A DNA stretch of 16,856 nt from an uncultured Nitrososphaerota archaeon (GCA_964408285.1 CAYOYV010000020.1:1-16856), one strand, 5' to 3'. Positions 1 to 7,940 are shown, numbered from the stretch's first letter. Made by a program: numbers and translations. The notes: a model not told the origin generated them from the letters alone.

Positions 1-2472
1 CAGAAGCTTGCCATAATGCCTGAGTCTCCGCCCATAAGTCCCGAGCACGAACGTGACAGACTCTTTGAGGCGGTATCGCAATTCATCACCAACATTTCCA
101 AGGAAGCGCCATTGCTTGTTGTTCTTGATGATCTGCAGTGGACCGATCAATCTTCACTATTGTTATTGCATTATCTGGCCCGAGGTGTCTCCAAGGAGCG
201 GCTACTCTTCTTGGGTAATTATCGTGACACTGACATCGATCAGAGACATGCCCTGTCATCCGTCTTGACGGATTTGAACAGGGAACGTTTGCTTCAATCC
301 GTCCCCTTGAAGCGCATGTCTTTCAATGATTCCTCGGAGATGATTAGGCAGATTCTCGCGCAGGACGACGTGCCAAGAGAATTCTGTGAACTGATCTACG
401 AGAAGACAAGGGGTAATCCGTTCTTTCTTGAAGAAGTGATAAAGTCGCTGAAGGAGCAGGAACTCATCTACCGTGAGCAGAATAGATGGAGAATCAAAGA
501 AGTTTCAAGGATTGAGTTTCCGGAAACCGTCAAGAGCGTTGTGGAGGGTAGGATAAGTCGCTTAGATGATGAGTGCCAAAACGCGTTGACTATGGCCTCT
601 TTTGTTGGGAAAGATTTCACTTTTGAGGCCTTACGCGGTATCACTGGCCTCGAAGACGATAGATTGCTCGAAATAATCGAGAAGATGCTCAAGACCGGGC
701 TGATTAGGGAGAGGCTGATTCGCGGGGAGGACGTGTATTCCTTTACGGATATCGTAGTTAGAGACGTTGTACATGACGAGGTGAGCGTTCTGAGACATAA
801 GAGGCTCCATGGCAAAGTGGGAGCCGTCTTGGAGAAGGTGTACGCCAAGAACATTGATGATCATCTTGGGGAACTCGCCTATCATTTTCTTGAGGGCGGC
901 GAAAAAGATAAGGGCCTTGACTATTTCCTGAAGGCAGCGGGAAAGGCAGAGAGGATCTATGCCTATGGCGAGGCCGCTTCTTTCTTTGAATCTGCGCTTA
1001 AGCTCCTTGAGGAGAAGGAAGGTGACCTTGAGGAAAAAGCACATGTTCTTTGGTCGCTGGGGGAGATCAAAGGGCGTATTGGAGACTACGACAACTGCAT
1101 GAAGTATTGGAATGACGCATCGAAGTTGTATGAAGCACTAGATAAGAAAGACTATGAACCAGCGGTGAGGCACGGCCACATGGCAAACTATCTTTTCACA
1201 ATGGGGGAAATGCAGAAGGCCAAAGAGCACTACGAGGAGGCTTTGAAGCTCTCTTTGAGGATTTTGGAAAGCGAGCCTGCTGAAAACGTTGAACTGGCGC
1301 GTCTGTACTATGTCATGGGTTACTGGTATTACATGACTGGTGATAATGCTAGAGCTGTTTCTTGCACTGATAAAGCACTTGAGCTTGCGAAAAAATTGAA
1401 CGCTTCTTACGTTATCGCAGGGTCATACGAATGCTTGGGATTCTTCGATCTCAGGGACAAGAAGAGAAACATTGAATGTATGGAGAAAGCACTGCAAACA
1501 GCACTTGATAACGGTCACATGGAAATCGCAGTGCGCGTGTATCGCAACCTTGCTCTCGGGCTTCCGGCCGAGGAAAATGAAAGAATCCTAGCATATTTAG
1601 AAAAGGGACTCGAACTGGCGAAAAAGGTCGGAGTTATCATCTACCAATCCGCGATTGGTGCCGCTCTGGGATTCAAGTACCTGAACATGGGAGATGTGAA
1701 CAAGGCAGTTCGCTTGCTTGAAGAATCAGTTGCGTTGGACAGGAAAGCAGGCAACATGACTCAACTTCCCATGTCTTTGGATGCTCTTGGATTTGCTTAT
1801 GAGGTATTAGGGGAATGGAATGAAAGCGAGCAATGCTACAGGGAGGCTTTGGGCATCTCTCAAAAGCTAGATGCTTTTCAATCGAGCGTCACGGCTCTCG
1901 GCTTTCTCGCATGGTTACATCTTGACAAAGGGGAACAAGCAAAAGCAAAAGATCTCTCCGAACAAGTGAGTGATCTCTTTGAAAGAGCTGGAGCAAAGTA
2001 CTCACCAGTCGGCCCGCCCCCGAGTGAACCATTCCGTCTCATACTCGTTGTTTGGACTGAGCGGGCGCGCGCTTGGACGTACGTGGAGCTTGGAGAAATC
2101 GAGAAAGCCAAGAACCTGATCGACGGCCTGCACGATTTCGCTCTAGAGGACGGGAATAGGGAGATGATGGCCAGCGCGGGGCTCTTGAGAGCAATGATGT
2201 TTCGCGCACAGAAGAAGTGGGGAGAATCAATCCAGCTTTTTGAGAAGGGCCTTCAGGAGCTCGAGGCACTAGGTGCAAGACGATGGAACGGCTACCTTCT
2301 TGCCAAAATGGTCCTCTATGAATATGCCAGAGTGTACTTGGAAAGGAGCCAGGCAGGCGACAGAGAAAAAGCCCACAACCTCCTCAATCAAGCATTAGAC
2401 ATATTCCAAAAAATAGGCGCCAAAAAAGACATACAAAAGATAATAGCAAAAAAGAACCTACTTACAGCCTAG
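1..2472 (+). CDS. STAND (AAA_16/SWACOS-like) NTPase-TPR protein, 5'-truncated by the window edge; paralog of 12504..16160
   Basis: The frame is open from base 1 (QKLAIMPESPPISPEHER aligns to paralog NKLGAIPPSLPISPEHER), so ATG 16 is internal. It has Walker B LLVVLDDLQW, STAND GxP motif TRGNPFFLEE and a long TPR-like helical array. Walker A and any N-terminal effector lie outside the window. Confidence 0.92.
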   Translation, partial: QKLAIMPESPPISPEHERDRLFEAVSQFITNISKEAPLLVVLDDLQWTDQSSLLLLHYLARGVSKERLLFLGNYRDTDIDQRHALSSVLTDLNRERLLQSVPLKRMSFNDSSEMIRQILAQDDVPREFCELIYEKTRGNPFFLEEVIKSLKEQELIYREQNRWRIKEVSRIEFPETVKSVVEGRISRLDDECQNALTMASFVGKDFTFEALRGITGLEDDRLLEIIEKMLKTGLIRERLIRGEDVYSFTDIVVRDVVHDEVSVLRHKRLHGKVGAVLEKVYAKNIDDHLGELAYHFLEGGEKDKGLDYFLKAAGKAERIYAYGEAASFFESALKLLEEKEGDLEEKAHVLWSLGEIKGRIGDYDNCMKYWNDASKLYEALDKKDYEPAVRHGHMANYLFTMGEMQKAKEHYEEALKLSLRILESEPAENVELARLYYVMGYWYYMTGDNARAVSCTDKALELAKKLNASYVIAGSYECLGFFDLRDKKRNIECMEKALQTALDNGHMEIAVRVYRNLALGLPAEENERILAYLEKGLELAKKVGVIIYQSAIGAALGFKYLNMGDVNKAVRLLEESVALDRKAGNMTQLPMSLDALGFAYEVLGEWNESEQCYREALGISQKLDAFQSSVTALGFLAWLHLDKGEQAKAKDLSEQVSDLFERAGAKYSPVGPPPSEPFRLILVVWTERARAWTYVELGEIEKAKNLIDGLHDFALEDGNREMMASAGLLRAMMFRAQKKWGESIQLFEKGLQELEALGARRWNGYLLAKMVLYEYARVYLERSQAGDREKAHNLLNQALDIFQKIGAKKDIQKIIAKKNLLTA

Positions 2473-2540
2473 AATCAGAGCGTACGAGCACATAGAGATC
2501 ACCTTGATGGAAGTCTACGACATGCGCGCTGCCCGCCGTC

Positions 2541-2555
2541 GCGAAATCTATATTT
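2541..2555 (+). promoter_or_regulatory. Putative archaeal BRE/TATA promoter
   Basis: GCGAAA-TCTATATTT ending 25 nt before in-frame ATG 2581, consistent with a leaderless transcript. Confidence 0.55.
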
Positions 2556-2580
2556 GCTTTGGCGCTCACTCAATGGGAAA

Positions 2581-3768
2581 ATGAAGTGTTCGACTCATCG
2601 TTTGCCTGCTAAGTGGACGAAGGAAGATTACGAAGCCAGCATTTCCAGCAGTGCCTGGTACGGGACCCCATACGGCGGCGGCTGGACGGAATCAGCCATA
2701 GAACAAGGCTTACCTCAGGATGAGGAGCTTAGACATATCTTCTTTGAAGAAATGGAGCTTAAGGAAGTCCCCAATTGGGCCAAAAGATTCGTCAAGGTCT
2801 ACCTCAACGAACCTTGGCTACCATATTGCGGGCACTACACTTTTCCCGGTATGTTGCTGCAATCACTGGAGTGCATCGGGAAAGGGCGAATATCAAAGAA
2901 AAAAATGACAGCACGTTGTTACCGAGCTGAACCAGAACGTAGAGAACTACTCGCAAAGTATTTGTTCTGCATCGACGCGTGGCTTAAAGGCGCAAGCCTG
3001 GAACAGCTGGGGGAACGCCTGAATCGGCTGGGCTGGCCTGGAAGGAACTGGGCCACTATTGCAGAGAATATCTATCGTGCACTTGGAGAAACGGACGATG
3101 AAAAGACCCTTCTGTTGCGGAGAATAGTGCACCGCCAGCGTTGGTGGCTAAGGACGCTCCTGTGGGTGAACGACGTTCCGCTCAGTGAGAAACTGGGCTA
3201 CTATTATGCAAAGATCTATCCGGACAAGGAAGGACAGACGAGAGTTGATGAGGATTCCGCTGAATTCGAGGATCCTGAAGTTATTGAGCTAGAGGCAGAA
3301 ATCAAGAAGCGCTTTGACGAGGCGGACAAATGGCTAAGTATGATACGCTATTCATGGCTCTGCGGACCCAAGGCCTTTCGGTATCTGGAACGTCAGCTTC
3401 TTCATGTTGGTCAGAAGAGTCTCCTCCTGAGTTCCGAAATCCTGAATCAACCTGTCTTGATGTGTCAGGATACATATCCGCGCAAGGAATGGCCTTCGAG
3501 ATGGTACAAAGCGTTCCGTAGGTCTTTGAGCTCTTGGCTCAAAGGCAATAACAATTGTGATTCACAACGTAACCAGGGCCAGATGGCAAAGCAGATTGTG
3601 AGGCTCCTTGGAAGACCTACGCCAATTAAGCACTGGTTGGTCCGTCTTCTAAGACACAAACTGGATCTTTACGAGAAGCACTCAGGTTTTGACAGAGTTG
3701 TCCGTCCGCACGCCTCGCGGGCGGGCGCGACGCCATGGGGGTATGATCCGCATGCCATTAGGCCGTAA
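2581..3768 (+). CDS. Hypothetical protein (395 aa) with two-fold internal repeat
   Basis: Long ORF; start moved from TTG 2554 to ATG 2581 on TATA spacing. Duplicated motifs W..CG, WLKG and A..I.R.LG. No family recognised. Confidence 0.8.
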   Translation: MKCSTHRLPAKWTKEDYEASISSSAWYGTPYGGGWTESAIEQGLPQDEELRHIFFEEMELKEVPNWAKRFVKVYLNEPWLPYCGHYTFPGMLLQSLECIGKGRISKKKMTARCYRAEPERRELLAKYLFCIDAWLKGASLEQLGERLNRLGWPGRNWATIAENIYRALGETDDEKTLLLRRIVHRQRWWLRTLLWVNDVPLSEKLGYYYAKIYPDKEGQTRVDEDSAEFEDPEVIELEAEIKKRFDEADKWLSMIRYSWLCGPKAFRYLERQLLHVGQKSLLLSSEILNQPVLMCQDTYPRKEWPSRWYKAFRRSLSSWLKGNNNCDSQRNQGQMAKQIVRLLGRPTPIKHWLVRLLRHKLDLYEKHSGFDRVVRPHASRAGATPWGYDPHAIRP

Positions 3769-3859
3769 TCCCATCCCGGAAGCCAGGGCCCCGAAGAAAT
3801 CTGTACTTCAGCGGCAAGAGCGCGTGACGCGCGAAAGCATAAGGCGTGCGGATCTCATG

Positions 3860-3874
3860 TTTTTTGTCTAAAAA
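3860..3874. terminator. Possible bidirectional archaeal U-tract terminator
   Basis: TTTTTT-GTCT-AAAAA between two convergent genes, giving a T tract on each strand. Confidence 0.4.
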
Positions 3875-3901
3875 TAGATAATGTCTCCTTCAACTGCTCG
3901 A

Positions 3902-4462
3902 TCAGAAGGATATGAAATACCTCGGAACCCTTTTCATATATTCCTTATAGCTTTCTCCATATCGCTTGATGCAAGCGTCCTCCTCTGCTAGCATGCAGAA
4001 GTGCGTAAACGTCCTTGTGATCACAAGAATCAGAACAGACAAGCCTGATCCTATTAGAAGACATATTCCGAAGAGCGTGACTGCGATCATGACTTCTTGA
4101 GGATGACGCGAAATCCTGTAAAGGCCTTCAGTGACGGGCTGACCCAATGGAGTTCTTACGAAACTCGATATTGCGTAAACGAGACCCATGATACCCAAAG
4201 TGTAGATAATCAAGCCAACGTAGAATTCCACCGAATTCAGCGACAAGGGGGTCATTGCGAATAGTATGATGTTGACAAGAGCGAATAGCTTTGATATGAG
4301 CAAGAGAATTCTCTGCTCTTTTGAGAAGTTGGAACGATCAAGGAGTCTTTGACGCATTTCTGTCGGCACCAACATTAATGCTAGCCCTGATATCAGGGCT
4401 TGGCCTAGGAAGAATAGCCATCCGCCTAACAATGAGAATTCTAAAGCGGGTATGAATTCCAT
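3902..4462 (-). CDS. Isoprenylcysteine carboxyl methyltransferase / PEMT family membrane protein
   Basis: Several hydrophobic helices and family motifs VTEGLYRISRHPQ and EEDACIKRYGESYKEYMKRVPRYF. Start is ATG 4462 or TTG 4471. Confidence 0.88.
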   Translation of the reverse strand: MEFIPALEFSLLGGWLFFLGQALISGLALMLVPTEMRQRLLDRSNFSKEQRILLLISKLFALVNIILFAMTPLSLNSVEFYVGLIIYTLGIMGLVYAISSFVRTPLGQPVTEGLYRISRHPQEVMIAVTLFGICLLIGSGLSVLILVITRTFTHFCMLAEEDACIKRYGESYKEYMKRVPRYFISF

Positions 4463-4490
4463 GGAAGACAATTAGAAGTAGTTGGTAATG

Positions 4491-4508
4491 AAATATAAGA
4501 GTTCTGAT
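4491..4508 (-). promoter_or_regulatory. Putative BRE/TATA promoter of the ICMT/PEMT-family gene
   Basis: Minus strand ATCAGAACTCTTATATTT about 30 nt upstream of ATG 4462. Confidence 0.5.
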
Positions 4509-4628
4509 ACATCGTGAATCAATCAGGTTGTATGCGCAATTGATTGCATAACTGGAAGGTCGCGCGCTTCTAGTCCTAGAGATGATTTATGTTTTCAGAC
4601 GATTATTTATGATGGACGCGTGGACGTC

Positions 4629-4804
4629 CATGAGAAGATAAGCGGGACGATCCACATGGCGTTAGGTCCAATCCGATTCCAGAGACTGGGCGACTGTATC
4701 AATCGGCACTGCATTGGGATCTCCTGAAAGACATGAAGAAAGACAGAGAGATCTATGCCGACAATAAGCTTTTCTACAAGAATGGAGGATTTCTGGAACT
4801 CTGA
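4629..4804 (+). pseudogene. Frameshifted C-terminal remnant of an M29 family (aminopeptidase T/AmpS-like) aminopeptidase
   Basis: Manual translation: HEKISGTIHMALG (4629-4667), frameshift, then NPIPETGRLYQSALHWDLLKDMKKDREIYADNKLFYKNGGFLEL* (4670-4804). This matches the M29 C-terminal pattern DEKxxGTxHxAxG...PETGG.N.SxxHWD...IYAD...YKNG.F. The N-terminal part of the gene is absent. Confidence 0.85.
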
Positions 4805-4914
4805 GATCAGGCACTGTATGCTTTTATCATTCGCAAGCCCCCGCGAAGGAACACCGAATGTCAATGCTGTCCATGTCAAGAGAAAGATGCTTCTTGGGCT
4901 ACGCCCTGAGGGAT

Positions 4915-5958
4915 TCAGGGTTTCGTTGCTTTGAGGAATTCCTCTCCGAACTTGGTCACATTCACCAAGCCGGCCTGCTGGAGGAAGCCTCTCCACTCCG
5001 AGAGCGTGTGCACATCCCCCTCTTTGCTCACGCAGAATAGCCACATCGCATCAGCAAGGGCATCCTCGTTCTGACAACTGATCTCGTCGCGGATGGCCTC
5101 GTTCAGTATCAGTATTCCATTTGGGAACATTGCCTCTTTGACCCTGCTGAGCAACTCGACAATGCCCTTTGGACTAAAGAAGCGAGCAATATATCCGAGC
5201 CAGACTAGATCGAAGGCGTTATGGCCCAGACTAACTGAGCGAACATCGCCTGGAATTGTTGTGACCCTATTCCTAACGCCGAGCTTCTCCGCGACCTCAA
5301 GTGCCACTTCAAGGACAGCTGGCCAGTCCTGCAGGGTGACCAGGATCTCGGGATGATTTCTCGCGAACGCCAGCGTCTTTATACCTGAGCCACAAGCAAC
5401 ATCGAGAACCCTCATACCTTCGTGAACATCGATCTTCAAGGATTCCCAATAGGCGTCAATCTTTTCAATGTCTCGGAAGGGTGAGACCATACGGGGCGCG
5501 AACCAACCAGCCCATATTTTCGCCAATTCCTCGTCCGTCCTTTGTGTGTTGAGTGGCCTTCTCCCAGTGCGTATGGCCTCAGCGAGACTCCCGTTGCCCT
5601 CCCATTTGAGATCAGACAGCATCGTTTCGCCCATGTAGGTGGGCCTGCTCGGCATAAGGTACAGCTCAGCTAAGGGCACAAGATGGTATCCGACCTCGTC
5701 TTTTCTCAGTAATCCGAAGTTGCATAGAAGGTCCAGCAGCATGCGAGTACCTACGAGATCCCATCCCTCACTCTGCGCTATCTCCTTCAGAGTCCTCTGA
5801 CCCGTCCCGATTTTCTCCCAGACCTTCAGCTCTAAAGCAGCTTGGAGTATGTCTGCCCTAAGGGACGCGAAGAGGATATCGTCAAGTGGCTTGGTTGATG
5901 GGGCTTCTGTCTCGCCGGTCGTTTTCTCCTTCTCTCCCTTCTCTTCTTCCTCAGACAA
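4915..5958 (-). CDS. SAM-dependent O-methyltransferase (N-terminal dimerisation wHTH + Methyltransf_2-like domain)
   Basis: LQAALELKVWE dimerisation region, SAM motif VLDVACGSG, LQDWPAVLEVA, IPGDV, FDLVWLG, PNGILILNE. TTG start. Confidence 0.92.
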   Translation of the reverse strand: MSEEEEKGEKEKTTGETEAPSTKPLDDILFASLRADILQAALELKVWEKIGTGQRTLKEIAQSEGWDLVGTRMLLDLLCNFGLLRKDEVGYHLVPLAELYLMPSRPTYMGETMLSDLKWEGNGSLAEAIRTGRRPLNTQRTDEELAKIWAGWFAPRMVSPFRDIEKIDAYWESLKIDVHEGMRVLDVACGSGIKTLAFARNHPEILVTLQDWPAVLEVALEVAEKLGVRNRVTTIPGDVRSVSLGHNAFDLVWLGYIARFFSPKGIVELLSRVKEAMFPNGILILNEAIRDEISCQNEDALADAMWLFCVSKEGDVHTLSEWRGFLQQAGLVNVTKFGEEFLKATKP

Positions 5959-5987
5959 CTTGATCCCAGAATTGTTCTGAAGTATGC

Positions 5988-6003
5988 TGATAAGATTTCA
6001 GAT
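5988..6003 (-). promoter_or_regulatory. Putative BRE/TATA promoter of the O-methyltransferase gene
   Basis: Minus strand ATCTGAAATCTTATCA about 30 nt upstream of TTG 5958. Confidence 0.45.
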
Positions 6004-6067
6004 CGATACTACGAGCCTTAGCCCAGCGATTCCGTTTTCTGACTCTCATTAGTGGGTGTGGCCTAAA

Positions 6068-6931
6068 TCAAGTTCGCTCTGCCATTGCCACACCTATCAT
6101 GACGAGAGCCGCTCCCATGGCGAAGAGGATGTCTATTGGCTCTGCTAGGACGAAGTGGGCCACTGAAACAGAAATCACGGGTATGAGAAAGAGGAAAATT
6201 CCTGCCGTCGTCGCAGAAACGCCCTCCAGAGCTCTGCTCCAGAGCAGATAGGCCAAGCCTGAGCAAAACAGGCTCAAGACGAGCAGCAGTAGCCAGACCC
6301 AGAGAGAAGTGGGGAGAACTGGCCTTTCGAAGACAAATGCACTTGGGAGCAGGAATAATGTTCCAAAGACCATCGCCAACGCGGTCACCAGTTCTGGACC
6401 ATAATTCGCCACAGCCTTTCTCCCGAGAACGGAATAGCAAGCCCAACAGAGGGCAGCTCCCACAGATAACAGATCCCCGATTATCTCCATCGGATTGATC
6501 GACCATTCGAATGGTTCTATGATGAGGACAGCTCCCAGAAGCGAGAGCATCATTCCAACAATACGCCTCAAACCTAATTTCTCTTTCGCATAGATATGCT
6601 CCAACGATGCGATAAGAACTGGACTCGCTGAAATTATCAAACTGGAACTGGAAGCAGTCGTCAACTGCAGCCCGAGATTCTGAAATACATGATACAAAGT
6701 CACGCCCGTTAACCCTAATATCGAAAAAGTCTTCCAATCGGTGAGAGCACTGCTGAGTGCAGATCTGCTTCTATGATAAATGACAGCCACGAGGAGCGGC
6801 AGAACGATTGAGAAGCGAAGAAATGCCAAGGTTATGGGCGGAATTTCTTCCAGCCCGAGTTTGAGTAGTGTGAAAGATGATCCCCATAGAAAAACGACAA
6901 AGGAAAGCATGAGGACGTTTTTCAGCTTCAT
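6068..6931 (-). CDS. EamA/DMT family transporter
   Basis: About 10 TM helices in two EamA repeats; motifs LWGSSF..K.GLEEIPP...AFLRF, KEKL, GDLL..GAALCWACY and LAYLLW..AL. Confidence 0.95.
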   Translation of the reverse strand: MKLKNVLMLSFVVFLWGSSFTLLKLGLEEIPPITLAFLRFSIVLPLLVAVIYHRSRSALSSALTDWKTFSILGLTGVTLYHVFQNLGLQLTTASSSSLIISASPVLIASLEHIYAKEKLGLRRIVGMMLSLLGAVLIIEPFEWSINPMEIIGDLLSVGAALCWACYSVLGRKAVANYGPELVTALAMVFGTLFLLPSAFVFERPVLPTSLWVWLLLLVLSLFCSGLAYLLWSRALEGVSATTAGIFLFLIPVISVSVAHFVLAEPIDILFAMGAALVMIGVAMAERT

Positions 6932-6971
6932 AACTACACTTTCCTCTTGCTGTCAACCTTTGCCAGTTGCC

Positions 6972-6988
6972 TTTTAATCGTTTTTCCC
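6972..6988 (-). promoter_or_regulatory. Putative BRE/TATA promoter of the EamA gene
   Basis: Minus strand GGGAAAAACGATTAAAA about 40 nt upstream of ATG 6931; GAGG lies just upstream of the start. Confidence 0.45.
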
Positions 6989-7150
6989 TCTAATAGGATG
7001 TCACACGATTTCTTTCACTAAATTCCGTTATGGAGAACTCGCGTTCAGAGGTTACATGATGATCCTCACGGACATGATAGAGTGGCTGTCAGGCAATACG
7101 AGCGCGCAAGATTCGCTTTCAAATGCCTTATGGCTCCTTCTATTCTACGT

Positions 7151-7160
7151 CGCGCGCGCG
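7151..7160. repeat. (CG)5 run, the longest member of an intergenic (CG)n motif family
   Basis: CGCGCGCGCG. Related runs at 2524, 3828, 4561, 7102, 7190, 7838, 12289 and 16750 (intergenic) and 2065 (coding). Confidence 0.8.
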
Positions 7161-7209
7161 GAGGCCATGGATCCCGGCAACTGAATGAACGCGCGCCGCC
7201 GAACCTGAC

Positions 7210-7722
7210 CTACCCAGTTTGCTGTGTGCCAGTGGAGTAGATACCAATGACCAAGATCTTACTCCGTCTCGGTTTTCCAAAGAAGCCCTCCTTCACTTGA
7301 GGCCCATCGATCACGCTCCATTTTCTGCGGTAGCTCTTGCTCGTGGCAAACTCCTGCGATATCATCCCAATCCAGTCCGACATGATGTATGGCCACAGTC
7401 CATGCCCGCGTTTGGCGTCCCCGCTCAAATCTATGTCGCTCTTGCAGGGTAGATCATGCACCCCTTTTTCCATCTTCTCCAACCAAGACCTCAACTGAGG
7501 GACATACTCGGATTTTACCAGTTGCGGATAGGTGAACTGGGTCAGATTGAAAGAATCGCGCAACCTGAATTGCTCGGGGCTGATTACAACGAGCTGCTCA
7601 GGGAGGGCCAGGCCCAAGCATGCCGACAAGTCCGGCTGTGAATCGATGCGTTTTTCGGAAACCAGAATCGCATGAATCAACGTTCCCTCCTCCGGCGTCC
7701 CGGAATCCCCACCCACAGACAT
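7210..7722 (-). CDS. Hypothetical protein (170 aa)
   Basis: The ORF track gives 7210..7857, but a TATA-like element ~27 nt upstream of internal ATG 7722 suggests the shorter start. No family recognised. Confidence 0.6.
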   Translation of the reverse strand: MSVGGDSGTPEEGTLIHAILVSEKRIDSQPDLSACLGLALPEQLVVISPEQFRLRDSFNLTQFTYPQLVKSEYVPQLRSWLEKMEKGVHDLPCKSDIDLSGDAKRGHGLWPYIMSDWIGMISQEFATSKSYRRKWSVIDGPQVKEGFFGKPRRSKILVIGIYSTGTQQTG

Positions 7723-7748
7723 GCTCTTGGCAGAATTCGGGCCGAAAC

Positions 7749-7762
7749 AATAAAAACCTTCC
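7749..7762 (-). promoter_or_regulatory. Putative BRE/TATA promoter
   Basis: Minus strand GGAAGGTTTTTATT upstream of ATG 7722. Confidence 0.5.
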
Positions 7763-7835
7763 AGCCCACACTCTCGATTCCGTGCGCATGTGACCAAAGC
7801 TACCGATTCGTCAAATGGAGACCCTCCCCAATTTC

Positions 7836-7847
7836 TGGCGCGCGCCA
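7836..7847. repeat. Perfect 12-bp palindrome TGGCGCGCGCCA between divergent promoters
   Basis: Read directly; flanked further by CCAA...TTGG with a bulge. Confidence 0.7.
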
Positions 7848-7893
7848 TTGGTTCCAAGAATCAGCACTAAACTGCTCAGAGCGCATCGCAACT

Positions 7894-7909
7894 GCAAAAT
7901 GGATTTAAC
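7894..7909 (+). promoter_or_regulatory. Putative BRE/TATA promoter
   Basis: GCAAAATGGATTTAAC upstream of ATG 7929/7941; GGTGAG SD-like element at 7931-7936. Confidence 0.45.
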
Positions 7910-7940
7910 TGGCGATGGGATTCGTAACATGGTGAGTAGT

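Noticed and set aside
2330-2472. DGR template/variable-repeat relationship between the 3' ends of the two STAND-TPR genes
   Set aside because: Differences are not adenine-specific (many C/G and C/A), both segments are coding, and no reverse transcriptase is in the window.
4524-4554. Integron attC site
   Set aside because: The hairpin is bulged, but GTT precedes AAC (the reverse of the attC R''/R' order), it is too short, similar sites are absent from other spacers and there is no integrase.
4607-5044. 145-aa minus-strand ORF
   Set aside because: Overlaps the O-methyltransferase 3' end and is antisense to the aminopeptidase remnant; no recognisable motifs.
5922-5952. Long pyrimidine tract as terminator or repeat
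   Set aside because: It is the antisense of codons for the Glu/Lys-rich N-terminus (EEEEKGEKEK) of the O-methyltransferase.
6063-6737. 224-aa alternative-frame ORF within the EamA gene
   Set aside because: Shadow frame of a well-supported hydrophobic CDS; no independent evidence.
7723-7940. Overlapping N-terminal extensions of ORFs 7210..7857 and 7815..8378
   Set aside because: TATA/SD positions favour later starts (7722 and 7929/7941), leaving a divergent intergenic region.
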